DNA of 64,000 bases from Salisapilia sapeloensis CBS 127946 (taxonomy: Eukaryota > Protista > Oomycota), in the NCBI GenBank assembly GCA_023334545.1, contig JAADVB010000037.1, forward strand, positions 1-64,000. The letters are read 5' to 3'. The translations under genes were made by a program, and so were the position numbers. The notes under the pieces were generated by a model. It saw nothing but the letters and a program-made list of their open reading frames with translations, was not told where the DNA came from and searched no databases. Position 1 is the first letter of the stretch; each line of letters starts with the position of its first letter. Of this stretch, positions 40,815-53,289 are shown one piece after another.

Positions 40815-43699
40815 TTACAGTGCTTCAGACGCTTCCTGTACGAGATGCTCCAGCGTTGACTTCAATGCCTTCGCAGTCTCTGTTAAATGATCCACATCAT
40901 TCGCAGACGCTCGCACAGCTTCTGACTCTTGGTTATCACGCTCTTCCACGTCCAGTTCCTTCGTTGGGAACTCCGAATCTTCAGGAAGAGCAATATCTCC
41001 ACCAGCCTCCAACACTACTTCCTCTACCTCTTCTGCAGTATTATCCACAACCTCGCTGTCGATCTTTTCACCATCAACCTCCTCTTCCTCCACCTGATTG
41101 TTGTCCTCCAGGTCTTCATCTACCTTTTTGCCGTTGCTCTCTATAGCATCCGGTTCTCTATTCGCCACTTCTTCCATTTGGTTACTTTCCAAAGGCTCTT
41201 CCTTCGATTCCTCAACCTCCTCCACAAAAGGTTCTTCATCGATCTCAACTGCTGCCTTCTCTTCGACATCACCAGTCTCCTCTTCGGCATCAGCAGTTTC
41301 CTCTTTGGCATCAGCAGTATCCTCTTCGACAAAATCTTCCTCTGCAGGTGCTTCTTCACCAGTCTCAACCGGCCCCTCCTCTTCGTGAACACCAGCATCT
41401 CCTTGCGCATGCACCTCCTCATTTTCCTCCACAAGAGTCTCTTCCACAGTGTACTCCTCTACAGGTACTTCATCATCCTCAACGGGAGTTTCCTCCTTCT
41501 GAACACCAGCCTCTTCTTCCTTCACATGCACTTGGCCGTCAGCCTCAACAGGAACCTCCTCCTGAGCATCAGCCTCTTCGTCCACAAGATCCTCTACAGG
41601 AGTCTCTTCACTTTGAACAGGACTCTCCTTTTCCTCCATCTCAGTCTCTTCCAAATGCTCCTGATCACCATCTTCCATAGGACGTTCCTCCGCTGGCTCA
41701 TCCACATGTCCTGTAGGTTCATCTTCAATGTCTTCACCAACATCCTCAGCATCGTCTCGCTGAGGTGGAGCTTTCTCTTCCTCATCGTCTATTATTTGCA
41801 CCACAGACTCTTCCTCGCTCATGACTTGTGTGTCTACGAATGCATCAGCAGCATCAAGCGTCGTCACATCACTCGGCAGTCCGTCAAACGCTGCGTCATG
41901 CACAGCTGCAGCCAACTGCCCTTCCGACAGAGCATTCATATCTACACCAGATCTTTGCAACCTTTCCGCCAGTCGATGCACGATCAAGTCTGCTTCATTT
42001 GTCAAAAGAGCTCTTCGAGATGACCGAGATAGGTGCGACAAGTCGATCGCGGCCGTTGAAAAGTACACCATCAAGATCGTCACGCTCCATAAGAGAGCTA
42101 CAAAGACGTTCATCCGCCACGACCGCCTCGTCGCAGGCTTCTCAATCTTTTCCTCTGGTAAAGGAGCTGCAGGTTTCTCCTCCAACTTCTCTTCTACATC
42201 CTCCTTCTTCTCTTCTTCCACCTGCTGCTTCTGTAAACTTTGCACATGCTGCTCAAAGTATTGTCGCTCCTCTTCAAATCGTTCGACCGTCGCTCGAAGC
42301 TCATCGTTCTGAACCTGCAGCTCTTGGTTCTGTGCCATCGCTTGCTCTAGTCGCGCATGCGTCTGCACTTGTTCCTCTCGAATGCGAACGGTGACTCGAC
42401 CCATGACCTTAATCTGACTTTCCATCCGCTGGATGATGCAAATGAGCTCGACTTCCACTCGACTCCGCGTCTTTCTCGATCGAGAGAGAATGCGCTGGAC
42501 AGTGTCTGACATACCGGCCGTCAATTGGTCAAAGTCTGCTTGCGTCGGACTAGCAGAACGCATAGCAGTCGAGGCAGCTGCAGACGCAACTTGGTTGGAG
42601 ATATGTTCTGCTGCTACGGAAGGAGTCGCCTCCGAAAGCACTTGATCCTCTTGGATCGTAGGTGTCATCTCATGTGGAGGAGGAAGAGAGCGGTCATACG
42701 TCTGCTCTGCCGTCGCCTTCTGCTCCTCCGATGGGAATGGATCGTACGTCTGCTCTTCACTTGCGCTCTGTTCCTGCGATGGAAAAGGATCGTACTTCTG
42801 CTCCGTAGAAGTGGAAGCATACCCGTTATCTGTCTGCTCCCGCGATGAGAAAGGTCCGTACGTCTGCTCCGTAGACGTAGATGCATATCCATCATTTGTC
42901 TGCTCCTGCGACGGGAAAGGATCGTACGACTGCTCCGTAGAAGCGAAAGCATACTCATCGTTTGTCTGGTCCTGCTGCATAGGAGCTTCTTCCATCGTGT
43001 CCTCCAGCCGAGGAGGGAAGATGTCGGATGTCGGTGCATCAGTCGAGTACTCTGCTCGACTAACAAAATACTCTGACGCATGCACCGGCTCTGGAGATTG
43101 TTCCTGTACTACATTTTGCTCTGACTCGTAATTGTCATAGGATGGCGATTGGCTCTGCTGTCCATTGTACTGGTCTTGACTTTGGTGTCCATCGTACTGG
43201 TCTTGACTCACTGGCGCGTCATACGTTTGCATACTTGTCTGGTCATACTCATACGATTGATCAGCCTGAGGAGGTGGTACTGGTGACTGCTGTTGATGAG
43301 TATTTTGGATTGGCTGGGTGACTGCAAACGTCGAGGAAGCCACGTGAGATCGAGGTGGAGGTGCTTGGTACTGGTTTCCACGTGTCTGGTACGACTGGGG
43401 ATGTGGATTATAAGCTGACTGTTGGGGTCTATTAAACGTCGGTCCTTGATACAACATGTTTCCAGCTGGAGACGGCGGTGGCGGAGCTGAGTGCGCTGCC
43501 GTTGGGAAGATGAGGTTGGCTGCATCTATACCGATGGACGGACGAGGCGACCGGATGTCCGTTGGAGGAGCGTACTCATCGGACAAGGGTCCTGTTAAGA
43601 ACGGTCCGTTCACTTGAGAGAATAGCTGCCAATTGCCACTAACAGATCGAGGACTCTCGGCATACGACCCGACTGACAGCGTATCGTCTACTTAGGCAT
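40815..43699 (-). CDS. Large low-complexity protein: Pro/Gln/Tyr-rich N-terminus, coiled coil, one TM helix, very acidic C-terminus
   Basis: The 932-aa track ORF starts at GTG; a 53-nt intron gives an ATG at 43699 (MPNGNWQLFSQVNGPF). TM: VFVALLWSVTILMVYFSTAAI. Confidence 0.7.
42690..42975 (-). repeat. In-frame tandem repeat, 48- and 66-bp units (EQxYDPFPSxEQ)
   Basis: The gatcgtac-like anchor recurs on the + strand at about 42692, 42740, 42788, 42854 and 42920. Confidence 0.8.
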
Positions 43700-44328
43700 T
43701 TAAATTTGTTATACAAACGATCCAAGTAGAGTTTATGACGTAAATACCGGAGCAATCGGACGTGTGCCTCTTCTTGGGTGAGAATTGCGGGTATTGTGCC
43801 ATCCCGAGGCACGAAGGTCTAGGCCGAGGAAAAGGATGTGAGCGACTTGATGTGCTCTGCGCCTTAGCTGAACTGACGCCCTCTATCCTTATCCTGCGTA
43901 GCTGTTAAGAATCGCTAGGTTTCAATACGATACGAACTTCTTCATGTTGTGTGTTTCTTACAACAACAACAGCAGCAGAATCGCTCGGACAGGCACTATG
44001 ACGGTACAGATGTACTCAGCTACTTCTACTACACTTCAACGTCTGCACGTGAACGCCGAACGATTCTACCTAGGAGACTTCAAACCCATTGCAAAAGAGT
44101 GAAGCACATATCTTTAGTGTAAAGCATGCATTTATCATTATAGATGGAAACTATGCTTCGATGGCACCTACAAAGAAGCTTCTTAACATTGACAGAAGCA
44201 TTATGCCGTTGGACCTTGTGCATCAAATGCTGGAAGCACACAGATACAAGACGAGAAAGAGTGACTGCAGCGATTATCCAATACCAAGTTCATTTTGAGT
44301 AATAGAAGCCTGAAACGTTTGATTCATC

Positions 44329-46137
44329 TTACAGCTCCGTCTCTTTATCCGCACTGCCATCTGCCTTGTCGTCCGGGAAGGCTGCGCTCTTAAAGCTCGT
44401 CGGGTCCTCATCCGCGCTCTCCTTATCATCACCGAATCCCTTGCGTTCCATCATAGCCACAAACTCCTCAAAGCTGATGAGCCCATCGCCGTTCGTATCG
44501 ACATCGTCCATGACTTCTTGCGCCTGCTCCTCGCTGCCCATGAACTGCACCAAGTCCGCCTTGGTGATCACGCCCTGCTTCTTCGTGTCAAAGTAGTTGA
44601 ACGCGTTGATCAAGTACTCTTCTTTGTTCGCCAAGTTCCGCTTCATTGTGGCTGCCAGGAACTCGGGGTAGTCGATCGTTCCGTCTCCATCAATGTCGAC
44701 GCCACGCAGCAGCTCCGTCACCTCCTCTTCGATCATACCCAAATTCATATCGCGTAGAGCTGACGCTAATTCGGCAATGGTGATGACGCCATTGCCATCG
44801 GCGTCCAGCTTCATAAACTGCGCCTTGAGCTCAGCAATCTCCGTCTCGGTCATCTGGTCTGCAATGACGCCCAACGCCGCCTTCTTGAGCTTGTTGTGAC
44901 CAGTGAAGCGCTTGAGGCTCGACACCAAGTTCGACGTTACGGCAATGTCCGTCTCCGGGGCAGCTCCAGACAGCCATGGGTGGTCCAGCGTCTCTTGTGC
45001 CGTCAGTCGCTTCGATGCGTCCACAAGGAGCAGTTTGCTGATGAGGTCCTTGGCTTCCGGACTCACATTCTCCCATTCCGGCGAGTCAAAGTCGTAGCGA
45101 CCAGCACGTACGGACGCAAAGATCTCTGGATCAGTGTCGCCGTAGAATGGAGGGTAACCACATAAGAGGATGTACGTGATGACACCGAGACTCCACAAGT
45201 CACACGACTTGTCATAGTGGCGGCCCAAGACCTCTGGGGCGATGTAGTAGGGCGTTCCGACACGTGTGGTCATGACACCGGACGGCAAAACGTCGTCCAT
45301 GCGAGAGAGACCAAAGTCGATGACCTTAAGCTCTGCGTCTTCATCGGGTGTGGCAAAGAGGAAGTTCTCTGGCTTCAAGTCTCGATGGACAATGTCTCTT
45401 TCGTGGCAGTGGCGGACGGCGTCACAGATCTTGCGCACGAGGATGGCGGCGTCGGCCTCACTATAATGTCCGCGAGCGATGATGCGGTCAAAGAGTTCGC
45501 CGCCGGTGCAGAGCTCCGTGATCAAGTGCAAGTGGCGGTTGCCTTCGCACACGTCAAAGAGCTTGATAATGTTCGGGTGGTCCAGCGACTGTATGGTTTA
45601 CACGATCAGGGATGTGCATAACAAGCAGAGAATGGGCAGGTGGATACCTTGAGGATGCTGATCTCACGACGCATGGTCTCCGGACGACTGACTTTGGCCT
45701 TAGGGATCGTCTTAATCGCCACCTTTTCGCCCGTTTCCTTGCTAATACCCGTGCGAACCGTACCGTAGTGACCTATTCAACAGGAATAGCGTGTCAATAC
45801 ATTTCAATATGATTGCGATTAGAGCAGACGTACCATGCCCGAGCTCGCTCTTGTCGATCTCGTAAAAGTTATTGATATCTTTCAATTCACCCGTGATCTA
45901 CACATGTATATAAACAATTAAGCACACTATCTCTCAGCCTACTCGTTCGACTGCACGTACGAGTTCCTTCCCACGACGATCTTTTCCTGGCGCAGGGGGA
46001 GGTTGGGTCGTCTGGTTTTGTCCCGACGGTACCGGAGATGGCACTTGCGCCGGCGTCGCGTTGCGCTTCGACCGTTTCCCACGTACGTGGTGTGTCCCGG
46101 TCTTTTCGTTATTCAGATTGCTCGTGTTGCTTCCCAT
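44329..46137 (-). CDS. CDPK: Calcium-dependent protein kinase with four EF-hands and N-myristoylation motif (four exons)
   Basis: MGSNTS; ELGHGHYGTV, VAIK, HRDLKPENFL, IDFGLS, GTPYYIAPE; junction LKRFTGHNKLKKAALGVIA; EF-hands DADGNGVIT, DIDGDGTID, DTKKQGVIT, DTNGDGLIS. Confidence 0.95.
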
Positions 46138-46438
46138 TCTTTCACTCGCGTCACGTGCGCAGGCGATGAGAATCTAGAAAATGGTACTCGTACCCGAGCG
46201 GATAATTTGAGGTGGGTGAATATCATGGCTAAATCCACCCTTCATGTCATTACAGATCGGACGGCGTGAAATCCATAGTATGACATATCACAGGTTCTAC
46301 GAATATACAAACGCTATTGACAAGAGGTTTCCACACGATTAAGGCACACAGGTACTTCAATGGCTACATCGTCCTGACGTGTTGGATTTTCTCCCGTGCA
46401 GATCCGATGTGGATCGTGGTGGGTACAAAACCTGAGAT

Positions 46439-48364
46439 CTATTCTTCCTGCGGATGGAAGTTGTTCCACGGCATGAGCGACTGGAGGAATAACAGGACTG
46501 GGTTCGCGTCGGCTGGAAGTTGGCCTGCAGCCTGCTGGGCTTGGATGTCTGCGATCGCTGCTTGTGCCTGGTCCTGGTCCATTTGCTGACCGTTGGGCAG
46601 CTGAGGCTGCTGCATCATCGGGTGATCCTGCGGCAATGTCGTCACTTCATCGGAAAAGTCCGCGACCGTCGCACGCATGTACTTGTCCATGACGTCCGGC
46701 AACACCGTCACCTGCTTGTTCGTCTTCTGCAACGACTCGGAGCTGACGGCCAGCTCCGCCGCTTGCAGGAGTAGACCTTGGTGCATTGTCACCTTCCACA
46801 AAGACGCATGACGAGTGACGTAGATGTCCAAGAGATGACTTAGCACACTGCTATCCGGCAGTCTTTTGCAGTTCATAAAGAGCTGGTGACTACGAACCTG
46901 CTTCCAGGACGGGCTCGACACGTTGATGCCGCTTGCATCCAAGAGAGGACGCAGGACTGTCGGGAACCGGATGAGTGCTTTTGCTAGTTGCTCCTTGGCC
47001 TTTTCCTTGTCATCCTGCAGAGCATAGGCCAAAGCGAGGGAGAATTGAAGACCTGGTAGGACGTCTACCGTCACCTCTTCCTTGTTTCGACTGTCATCGT
47101 GTCGATCGACCACTGGCGAATGGGATTCCATCAGGTCGACGATAAACTTGCCTTCTTTCGCAGTCAGAGCATAGTAGTCGATGGCCAGTAGCACGTTCAT
47201 CGGGTCTCCAGTCGGGTCCATCGATAGCAATAGTCTAGCCGTCTCGAACGCACTTCGACTGCATCCTCTCCGACCCACTTGCTTCATCAGTAAAAACAAT
47301 GCTTTAAAGAATCCGTCGTTATGCTCTACATTAATATCCATGCGACAGTCGCCTTTCGTCACGTCAAAGTCCGGCGACCACGCGAGCTCCAGGGCGTAGA
47401 CGCAGCGCTTGATACAATCAGACGCGTGGTCCATCTGGCCATGATGCTGGAAAACTTCACTCATCTGGAGCAGGGCATCAATGTGGAACGGATAGCGCTG
47501 TAGGAACATGCCGATCATGTTCGGATCGTGCGTCTGCTGCAGCGTCTCGAACTCCTTTTGACTCTTTTCGTACGCGAGAGACCACGTGACTTCGTAGAAG
47601 CGACAAAAGCTACTCCATCCAGCTCCACTTGGTTTATTCGCTTTGCTCCAGCGAATACCACCACCCACAAATGTCGGTGGACGAGGCCATTCGTCTAATG
47701 GAGTCACGAGGTGCACGCGTTTCGTCACTTTATTACCAGCTTGTCGAGGATCTCGACGCTGTCGGTTGGCAAGGGTGTCACGGCCACCTCGGACACCGAA
47801 TAGACGCTTCATTTCTTTATCAGCGTTGATGAACTTAAGCTGAACACCGAATAAGGAGCTAGCAATCTGTTGGTACTGTGGCGTCTCGTGGCGCGAGACA
47901 TTCATATCTTGTGTTTGAGCTGAAAGCGAGTCAAGCAGTGCATCAACATCTTCCTCTTCGTGCTTTTTCTGCTTTCCGTTCTTCTTCTTGTTCCTACGTA
48001 ATGGAGGTGAATGCATGTAATAAGAGACTGGACGACGTGGAGAGTACGCACTTGGATGGTTTAGGAGGTGGTGATTTTTCCACTGGTTTCGTTTCTACCA
48101 CAGATGTACATTCTTCCTCTTCATTGTCACTATCGTTATCACTTTCGTCCGAGTCCGAGTCCGAGTCCATGAGGAAAGAGAAACCAGCACTCGCAGGCTT
48201 CTTCATTTCTAACTCTTCTTCGGAAGACTCGTCCACTTCCTCTTCAGCTTTATTTTGAGCAGCTAACTTGCTCAAGCGCTTTGCTTGACGTGCCGACCTA
48301 CGACGGAAAGCATTCTATGGTTTGAAAGGGCACTTGTACCAAGATATGCGTGTTAAACGTACAT
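46439..48364 (-). CDS. TCF25: TCF25/Rqc1 ribosome quality-control factor (three exons)
   Basis: Split ATG then SARQAKRL; acidic N-terminus; NADKEMKRLFG, LQRYPFHIDALLQMSEV, GRRGCSRSAFETARLLLSMDPTGDP..LLAIDYYAL. Confidence 0.88.
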
Positions 48365-48486
48365 GATCGACTGCGATTCTTCTTGGTCCAATTCGTTGTC
48401 AAAGTATTGTTCGAATATACTCGACTCAACCTTTTTAACACAAAATATATCCAATAAAGCATCTATTCAAGTTGTTTTTAGCCTTT

Positions 48487-49337
48487 TCAATCTTGTAGAG
48501 GTGTTGCAAGGCGAAGATCGATCCGATTGAACTGCACACTGCCTAACACCGCTTCCGGTAGTTCATCTTCCTCATGCCCTTCAATGACAAAGGCAATTCG
48601 TGCAACTAGTGCCGTCGAATAGGACCTGCATAGAGAAGCTGCGTGTCGAGCGACTCGGTCCGAGTTGATGTCCACTGCTACTTCGAGGTACTTGTCCGTC
48701 TGATAATAATCTGTTTGAAGGCAGTTGGCAACGATGAAAGGCTTGCTACCACAGACTTTCCGTACAATCCACGGTCCGTCAGGTACAGCCGGGATGAGTT
48801 TGAGTCGGCGCTTGCGAAAGTCATCATTACCTGCTACAAACCTCTCCCATAAACTCTCTGCTTCCAAATTCCTCTCTTCACGCTGTTTTTGGACAAAGTA
48901 GTGAACACTGGCAACAACAGGAGTACCAGGCACTATGAGCGTCACGGCAAGGACGAATGGCAGCCTTTCATTCCGTGCCTCGCTCCGCTTAATCAGTTTT
49001 TGGACATAACTTTTGCGGTGCTGACACAGATTCTTGAGCCTGTCTCCTTCGCCACTGAATAGATCCACCCACACAAGTTCCAACACTGCATTATCATGTC
49101 ATATAACAGATCCTCTATCAATCAAGTACACATTCACTTACGAGAATCCTGCGAAGGTTCTTTCCGTTTGTTCACGAGATACTCTTTCGATCGAACGTGA
49201 AACTGCGCCACATCCGGCTGCGACCACATTTGTCGTAGCGTCGGCGGCTGGTTCATCCAATCGTCCGCATGCTCTACCTTGGCCACGGACACGGTCTTGT
49301 TCTCATCCGTATTCTCCGCTTCACGCACCACATCCAT
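48487..49337 (-). CDS. EDR2 C-terminal (DUF1336) domain protein (two exons)
   Basis: WSQPDVAQFHVRSKEYLVNKRKEPS; DDFRKRRLKLIPAVPDGPWIVRKVCGSKP; YLEVAVDINSD; FVIEGHEEDELPEAVLG. Confidence 0.85.
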
Positions 49338-49622
49338 AATTCTTATGAAAGGTAAGTGCAAGACGTCAAGATGCAATGCGCTCGGTAGTTCTATTTCAAT
49401 CCTTCTATTTTTACCTGCTCTGTAGCTAGGTACTATGCGACTCTTCAGATGACCTGGATCTCACGATGGACGACATATCAGTTTAGTAGCATCTATTTGA
49501 ATAGAAAGAGAGAGGACCGAAATAAACGCTTAAGGGCTTGATGTCAAACAGGATCAGTCCTCGATTTCCATACCACGGCAGACTACGCAAGATCATTGTG
49601 GCACGTCTCACCGGAAGCGAAG

Positions 49623-51080
49623 ATGACTGATACCAAGACGGTATTGCAAAAGCAGCTTCGGAAGGTCAAGAAATTTGCCGATGTAGCGTCGCCATTGGAC
49701 CACTCAGATGCACGCTCTGGCATCTACTCGTCAGACTTTCGAGGCATCTACCACCTCGCCATCATCTGCGGCGGCCTGTACATGCTTTCCACCTTTATTA
49801 GCAATATGTCGAAGCACGAGAGTATTTTTGCCGACTCGGTGCTTTTGCTATCCGTCTTTGCGTCCAGGGGACTGATCGAAGTGCTCGCTACGTTTGCTTG
49901 TCAAGCGCTCTTCACGTATACTGGCATGATCCCCGTATTCATGGCAAGGTCCCCCAAGTACAAGGACAACATGGCATGGATCCACTTTATCCACCACGCG
50001 TTGCAAACCGTGCTCTTCGCCAGCACGATGGCTATTATCTACATCCAGAACTGGACGCTCGTACACTCTGTCTCGGTGTTTATGGAAGGCGTCGTTCTTT
50101 TGCTTAAAATGCATTCGTATGTACGAACACAGTTCGCTCTTATCACTGTCCATGGCGTGGAAGAGCATCCAGCTCCGACGTTCCGAGACTATACCATGTA
50201 TCTACTCTTCCCGACGCTCGTGTACGAGACGAGCTATCCTCGTACGAACCACATTCGATGGGGCTATTTGCTAGAAAAAGCCACGAGCAACTGCATGGGC
50301 ATGAGTGTCATGTATATCATCGTGACAGACCACGTAGTGCCTCGACTACAAGAGTCTGCATATGTAAACCCCGTGCTGGTTACGACGCAGCTCCTTCTCC
50401 CGTTCCTTGGAGTCATCCTCACGTTTTGGTTCGTCGTCTTTGAAAGCCTGATGCCTGGTATTGCTGAAGTCACGTACTTTGCCGACCGAGACTTTTACGA
50501 TGACTGGTGGAACAGCACCACCTTTGATGAGTTCGCTAGAAAGTGGAATAAACCAGTGCACGAGTTCCTCCTCCGACATGTGTACTATGAAAGTCTTGAC
50601 ACGGGTCGACTGTCTCGTACGGAAGCGACGATGCTGACGTTCTTCATGTCTGCTGCCGTCCACGAGTGCGTCTTCGTCGTTGCCTTCCGCACTGTCCGTC
50701 TCTATTTTTTCGTCCTGCAGATGGCTCAGGTGATCATCATCATGTATGGTCGAGGGCTCAAGGGCACGCGTCTCGGCAACACTGTCTTCTGGCTCGGCAT
50801 CATCGTCGGTGTACCTCTCCAGGCGGTCTTGTACTCAAGAGAGTACTTTGGTGGCGAATCTATCTTTGTCGAAGTCATGATTCCTATCATGATCGTGGGT
50901 TTTGGCAGTGCCCTCGTCGCATCTTTCCTGTCCGTGTCTTCTGGCCGAGTGTCCAAGACTGAACGCCGTCGATGTGATTCCGATGCTGCTAACTCCCTTG
51001 CGGTTGCAGCCAAGCAACAGCACGACAAGCAGCAAGAAAAGCAGGAGGAGAGGCAACAGGAGAAGCAGAAGAGTAACTAG
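49623..51080 (+). CDS. MBOAT-family sterol O-acyltransferase (ACAT/SOAT/ARE-like)
   Basis: LKMHSY, YLLFPTLVYETSYPRT, FADRDFYDDWWNSTTFDEFARKWNKPVHEFLLRHVY, catalytic SAAVHE. ATG at 49623. Confidence 0.88.
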   Translation: MTDTKTVLQKQLRKVKKFADVASPLDHSDARSGIYSSDFRGIYHLAIICGGLYMLSTFISNMSKHESIFADSVLLLSVFASRGLIEVLATFACQALFTYTGMIPVFMARSPKYKDNMAWIHFIHHALQTVLFASTMAIIYIQNWTLVHSVSVFMEGVVLLLKMHSYVRTQFALITVHGVEEHPAPTFRDYTMYLLFPTLVYETSYPRTNHIRWGYLLEKATSNCMGMSVMYIIVTDHVVPRLQESAYVNPVLVTTQLLLPFLGVILTFWFVVFESLMPGIAEVTYFADRDFYDDWWNSTTFDEFARKWNKPVHEFLLRHVYYESLDTGRLSRTEATMLTFFMSAAVHECVFVVAFRTVRLYFFVLQMAQVIIIMYGRGLKGTRLGNTVFWLGIIVGVPLQAVLYSREYFGGESIFVEVMIPIMIVGFGSALVASFLSVSSGRVSKTERRRCDSDAANSLAVAAKQQHDKQQEKQEERQQEKQKSN

Positions 51081-51133
51081 TCTCGAGAGAAACATGCTAT
51101 GTGTACAAATGAAATTTATCCACAGTCTACTTT

Positions 51134-52061
51134 TTAATCCTGTGTGCGTGGTTGCACCAGCACAATGTCAGACGCTTGGACGGTGCAGACTTCACAGTTA
51201 TGGAGTTTCCGAGGCATCCGGAGCATGCGTTTGAAAAATGAGCTGTGGCCGACGATGGCAATGTGCTGTTCGTCCATATTGGAGATGGTTTCCATTAACT
51301 CGTAGATGCGTTTATCTAGGTCCTGCGGTGTCTCTCGTAGCGGTAGAACTTCATTTGCTTTCGTGATCGGTGTGATCGGGTCGTAGACGGACTTCTGCTC
51401 TGCATTCAGCCACCAAGATCGCTCCAAAGTTGTGATTTGTGAAGCTAAATGGGGAAACTTTTGCACCAAATCTAGCGTATAAAGTATTTGAGTAGTCTAT
51501 CGAGTTATGTACGCATGCTTGTCAAAACCGTCAGGTTGCTGTCCAATGTCACAAGCAGTGTCAAGCATCTCTCGGCAGCTCGGGTCCACTATCGTGCAAG
51601 AAAATTACGTAAAAGGTCGAAAAGCTAAACGCATGATAGACGTACGTATGAGGCGGGCGTCACTGTCTTGAAATCCCATCGTTGCAGTCTCGATTGCTCT
51701 GCTAAGTGGACTGGAAATTATCTATACGAGGTGCATGTCAACTGTAGAAATCCATTGAATATCAAAATTAAAGCAATGTCTACCACTTCCACGCGTTTAT
51801 TTAACTCTTCTGAATTTATTTGCTGTCGGAGCTTCTCCGCCTGATCAGACAACCAGCTCAGTGCAATGCTTAAGGACAGAAATGATCTTGAATCGAAACG
51901 ACAGCTACCTGTCGCCTTCCTTTTTTGCTCAATGGAGCATCAATAATCATAGGGTCTTTCACGAATACCCACGAGAAGTTGTACAGGCTTTTCATCCGCC
52001 ACTCGTTAAAAGTGGACTCGCCATGACGGATACAATACAGCGTTTTGCCCTCGTCCGACAT
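51134..52061 (-). CDS. Histidine phosphatase / phosphoglycerate-mutase-like protein (multi-exon)
   Basis: KTLYCIRHGESTFN, DAPLSKKG, ISSPLSRAIETA, CDIG, IAIVGHSSFF, LHNCEV. Confidence 0.85.
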
Positions 52062-52156
52062 GATGGACGAACCTCCTACTTGGGATTGAAAGTAAAAAAC
52101 CGATATATGTAATTTACATAACCACCTAACACGATACCAAGTCGGATTTGCCACAA

Positions 52157-53265
52157 ATGGACTTAAATGGTGATGAACGTAGCTCTGACTGCAGCACAAG
52201 ACACAACAAGTCTACTGCCTCGTGCTGGAAAAGAGAAAGATGTGCCTCTTGCCAAGGGAACTTCAAGTTTTTCTGCCCAAAATGCTGTGTCCCACTCGGA
52301 GTACCCCCGGACGTCACCGTGCCTCGCTTGCGACTGCCTTTGACTGTTGATATCTGGTTCCATGATCACGCTCGGAAAAGCACAGCGACTCATGCCAAGA
52401 CATTGGCGCCAGAAGATGTTAACCTAGTGCAGTGTAGGGCATCTGAGCTAAGCAAACAGGGTGCTACGCCACTGCCAGAGTATGACCCGAACACCACGTT
52501 CGTCGTGTACCCCACTGATACAGCATCCAAATTACCAGAAATGACCAAAGACGAGCTTGAAAAGCTTGAAAAAGTTGTCTTTATTGACAGCCCGTGGCAG
52601 AAAGCGCCTGCATTGCTACAATACACGACACTAAGCAACTTGAAATGCATCAAGTTAGCTGATCCACCCATGGAGAGCAAATTCTGGAGATACCATAAAG
52701 CAGGCGGAGGATGCGTATCTACCATCGAAGGTATAGTATTTCAATACGCGAGTGATGCAACCAATACTCATAGGTTTCTGTTCTAGCCATCCAATTACTA
52801 TTGGAAGAATACAAGCAAGCTGCCTCTGCAGCCGGTATTCCACTTCGGCCTGGTGTAGATGAGAGCGACCTGTCTGACTTGTTGTACCTATTTGGCTTGC
52901 TTCGAGAAGTGATTGAAGAGACATACGAAAAGGATCCACAGCTTTGTATCCAACCTCCGACAGATCCAGCCGAGAAAGAGCGACGGCAGCAGTTGAGAGA
53001 GCAGAAAGAAGCTGGGAAAAAGCGAAAGATCGAGAACAGAGAGAAATTGTGGAAGAAGATGAAAGAGGCAAAGGAAAAAGGAGAGAATTTGCCCAAGAAA
53101 GGCAAGTGTTTTAATTGTCGCAAGCCAGGCCATGAAGCATGGCAATGCCCGCAGCCGTGTAGATTTTGCCAAAGTCCAGACCATTACACAGGTACTTGTC
53201 CGCAGAGAGGCAAGAGAGCGAATCAGCCACAAGAGCCACAAGGTCCTGTCACGAAGGCTATATAA
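52157..53265 (+). CDS. DTWD1: DTWD1-like tRNA acp3U aminocarboxypropyltransferase with two C-terminal CCHC zinc knuckles (two exons)
   Basis: RERCASC..KFFCPKCCVP, KSTATHA, FIDSPWQKA, SKFWRYH, STIE|AI, DLLYLF; CFNCRKPGHEAWQC and CRFCQSPDHYTGTC. Confidence 0.8.
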
Positions 53266-53289
53266 TTAAAGTCACGTAATTGTAGCGTG

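Noticed and set aside
43961-43978. (CAA)3(CAG)3 microsatellite in an intergenic region
   Set aside because: Trivial length and not within an ORF.
45600-45660. CDPK intron starting GTATCC, and GTATCCTTAC at about 20720, as possible U12 donors
   Set aside because: The CDPK intron lacks the TT(T) extension and a TCCTTAAC branch site; the 20720 match has no supporting gene on that strand.
52990-53200. CCHC knuckles as a retrotransposon gag remnant
   Set aside because: In frame with the DTW enzyme; no protease, RT, integrase or LTR nearby.
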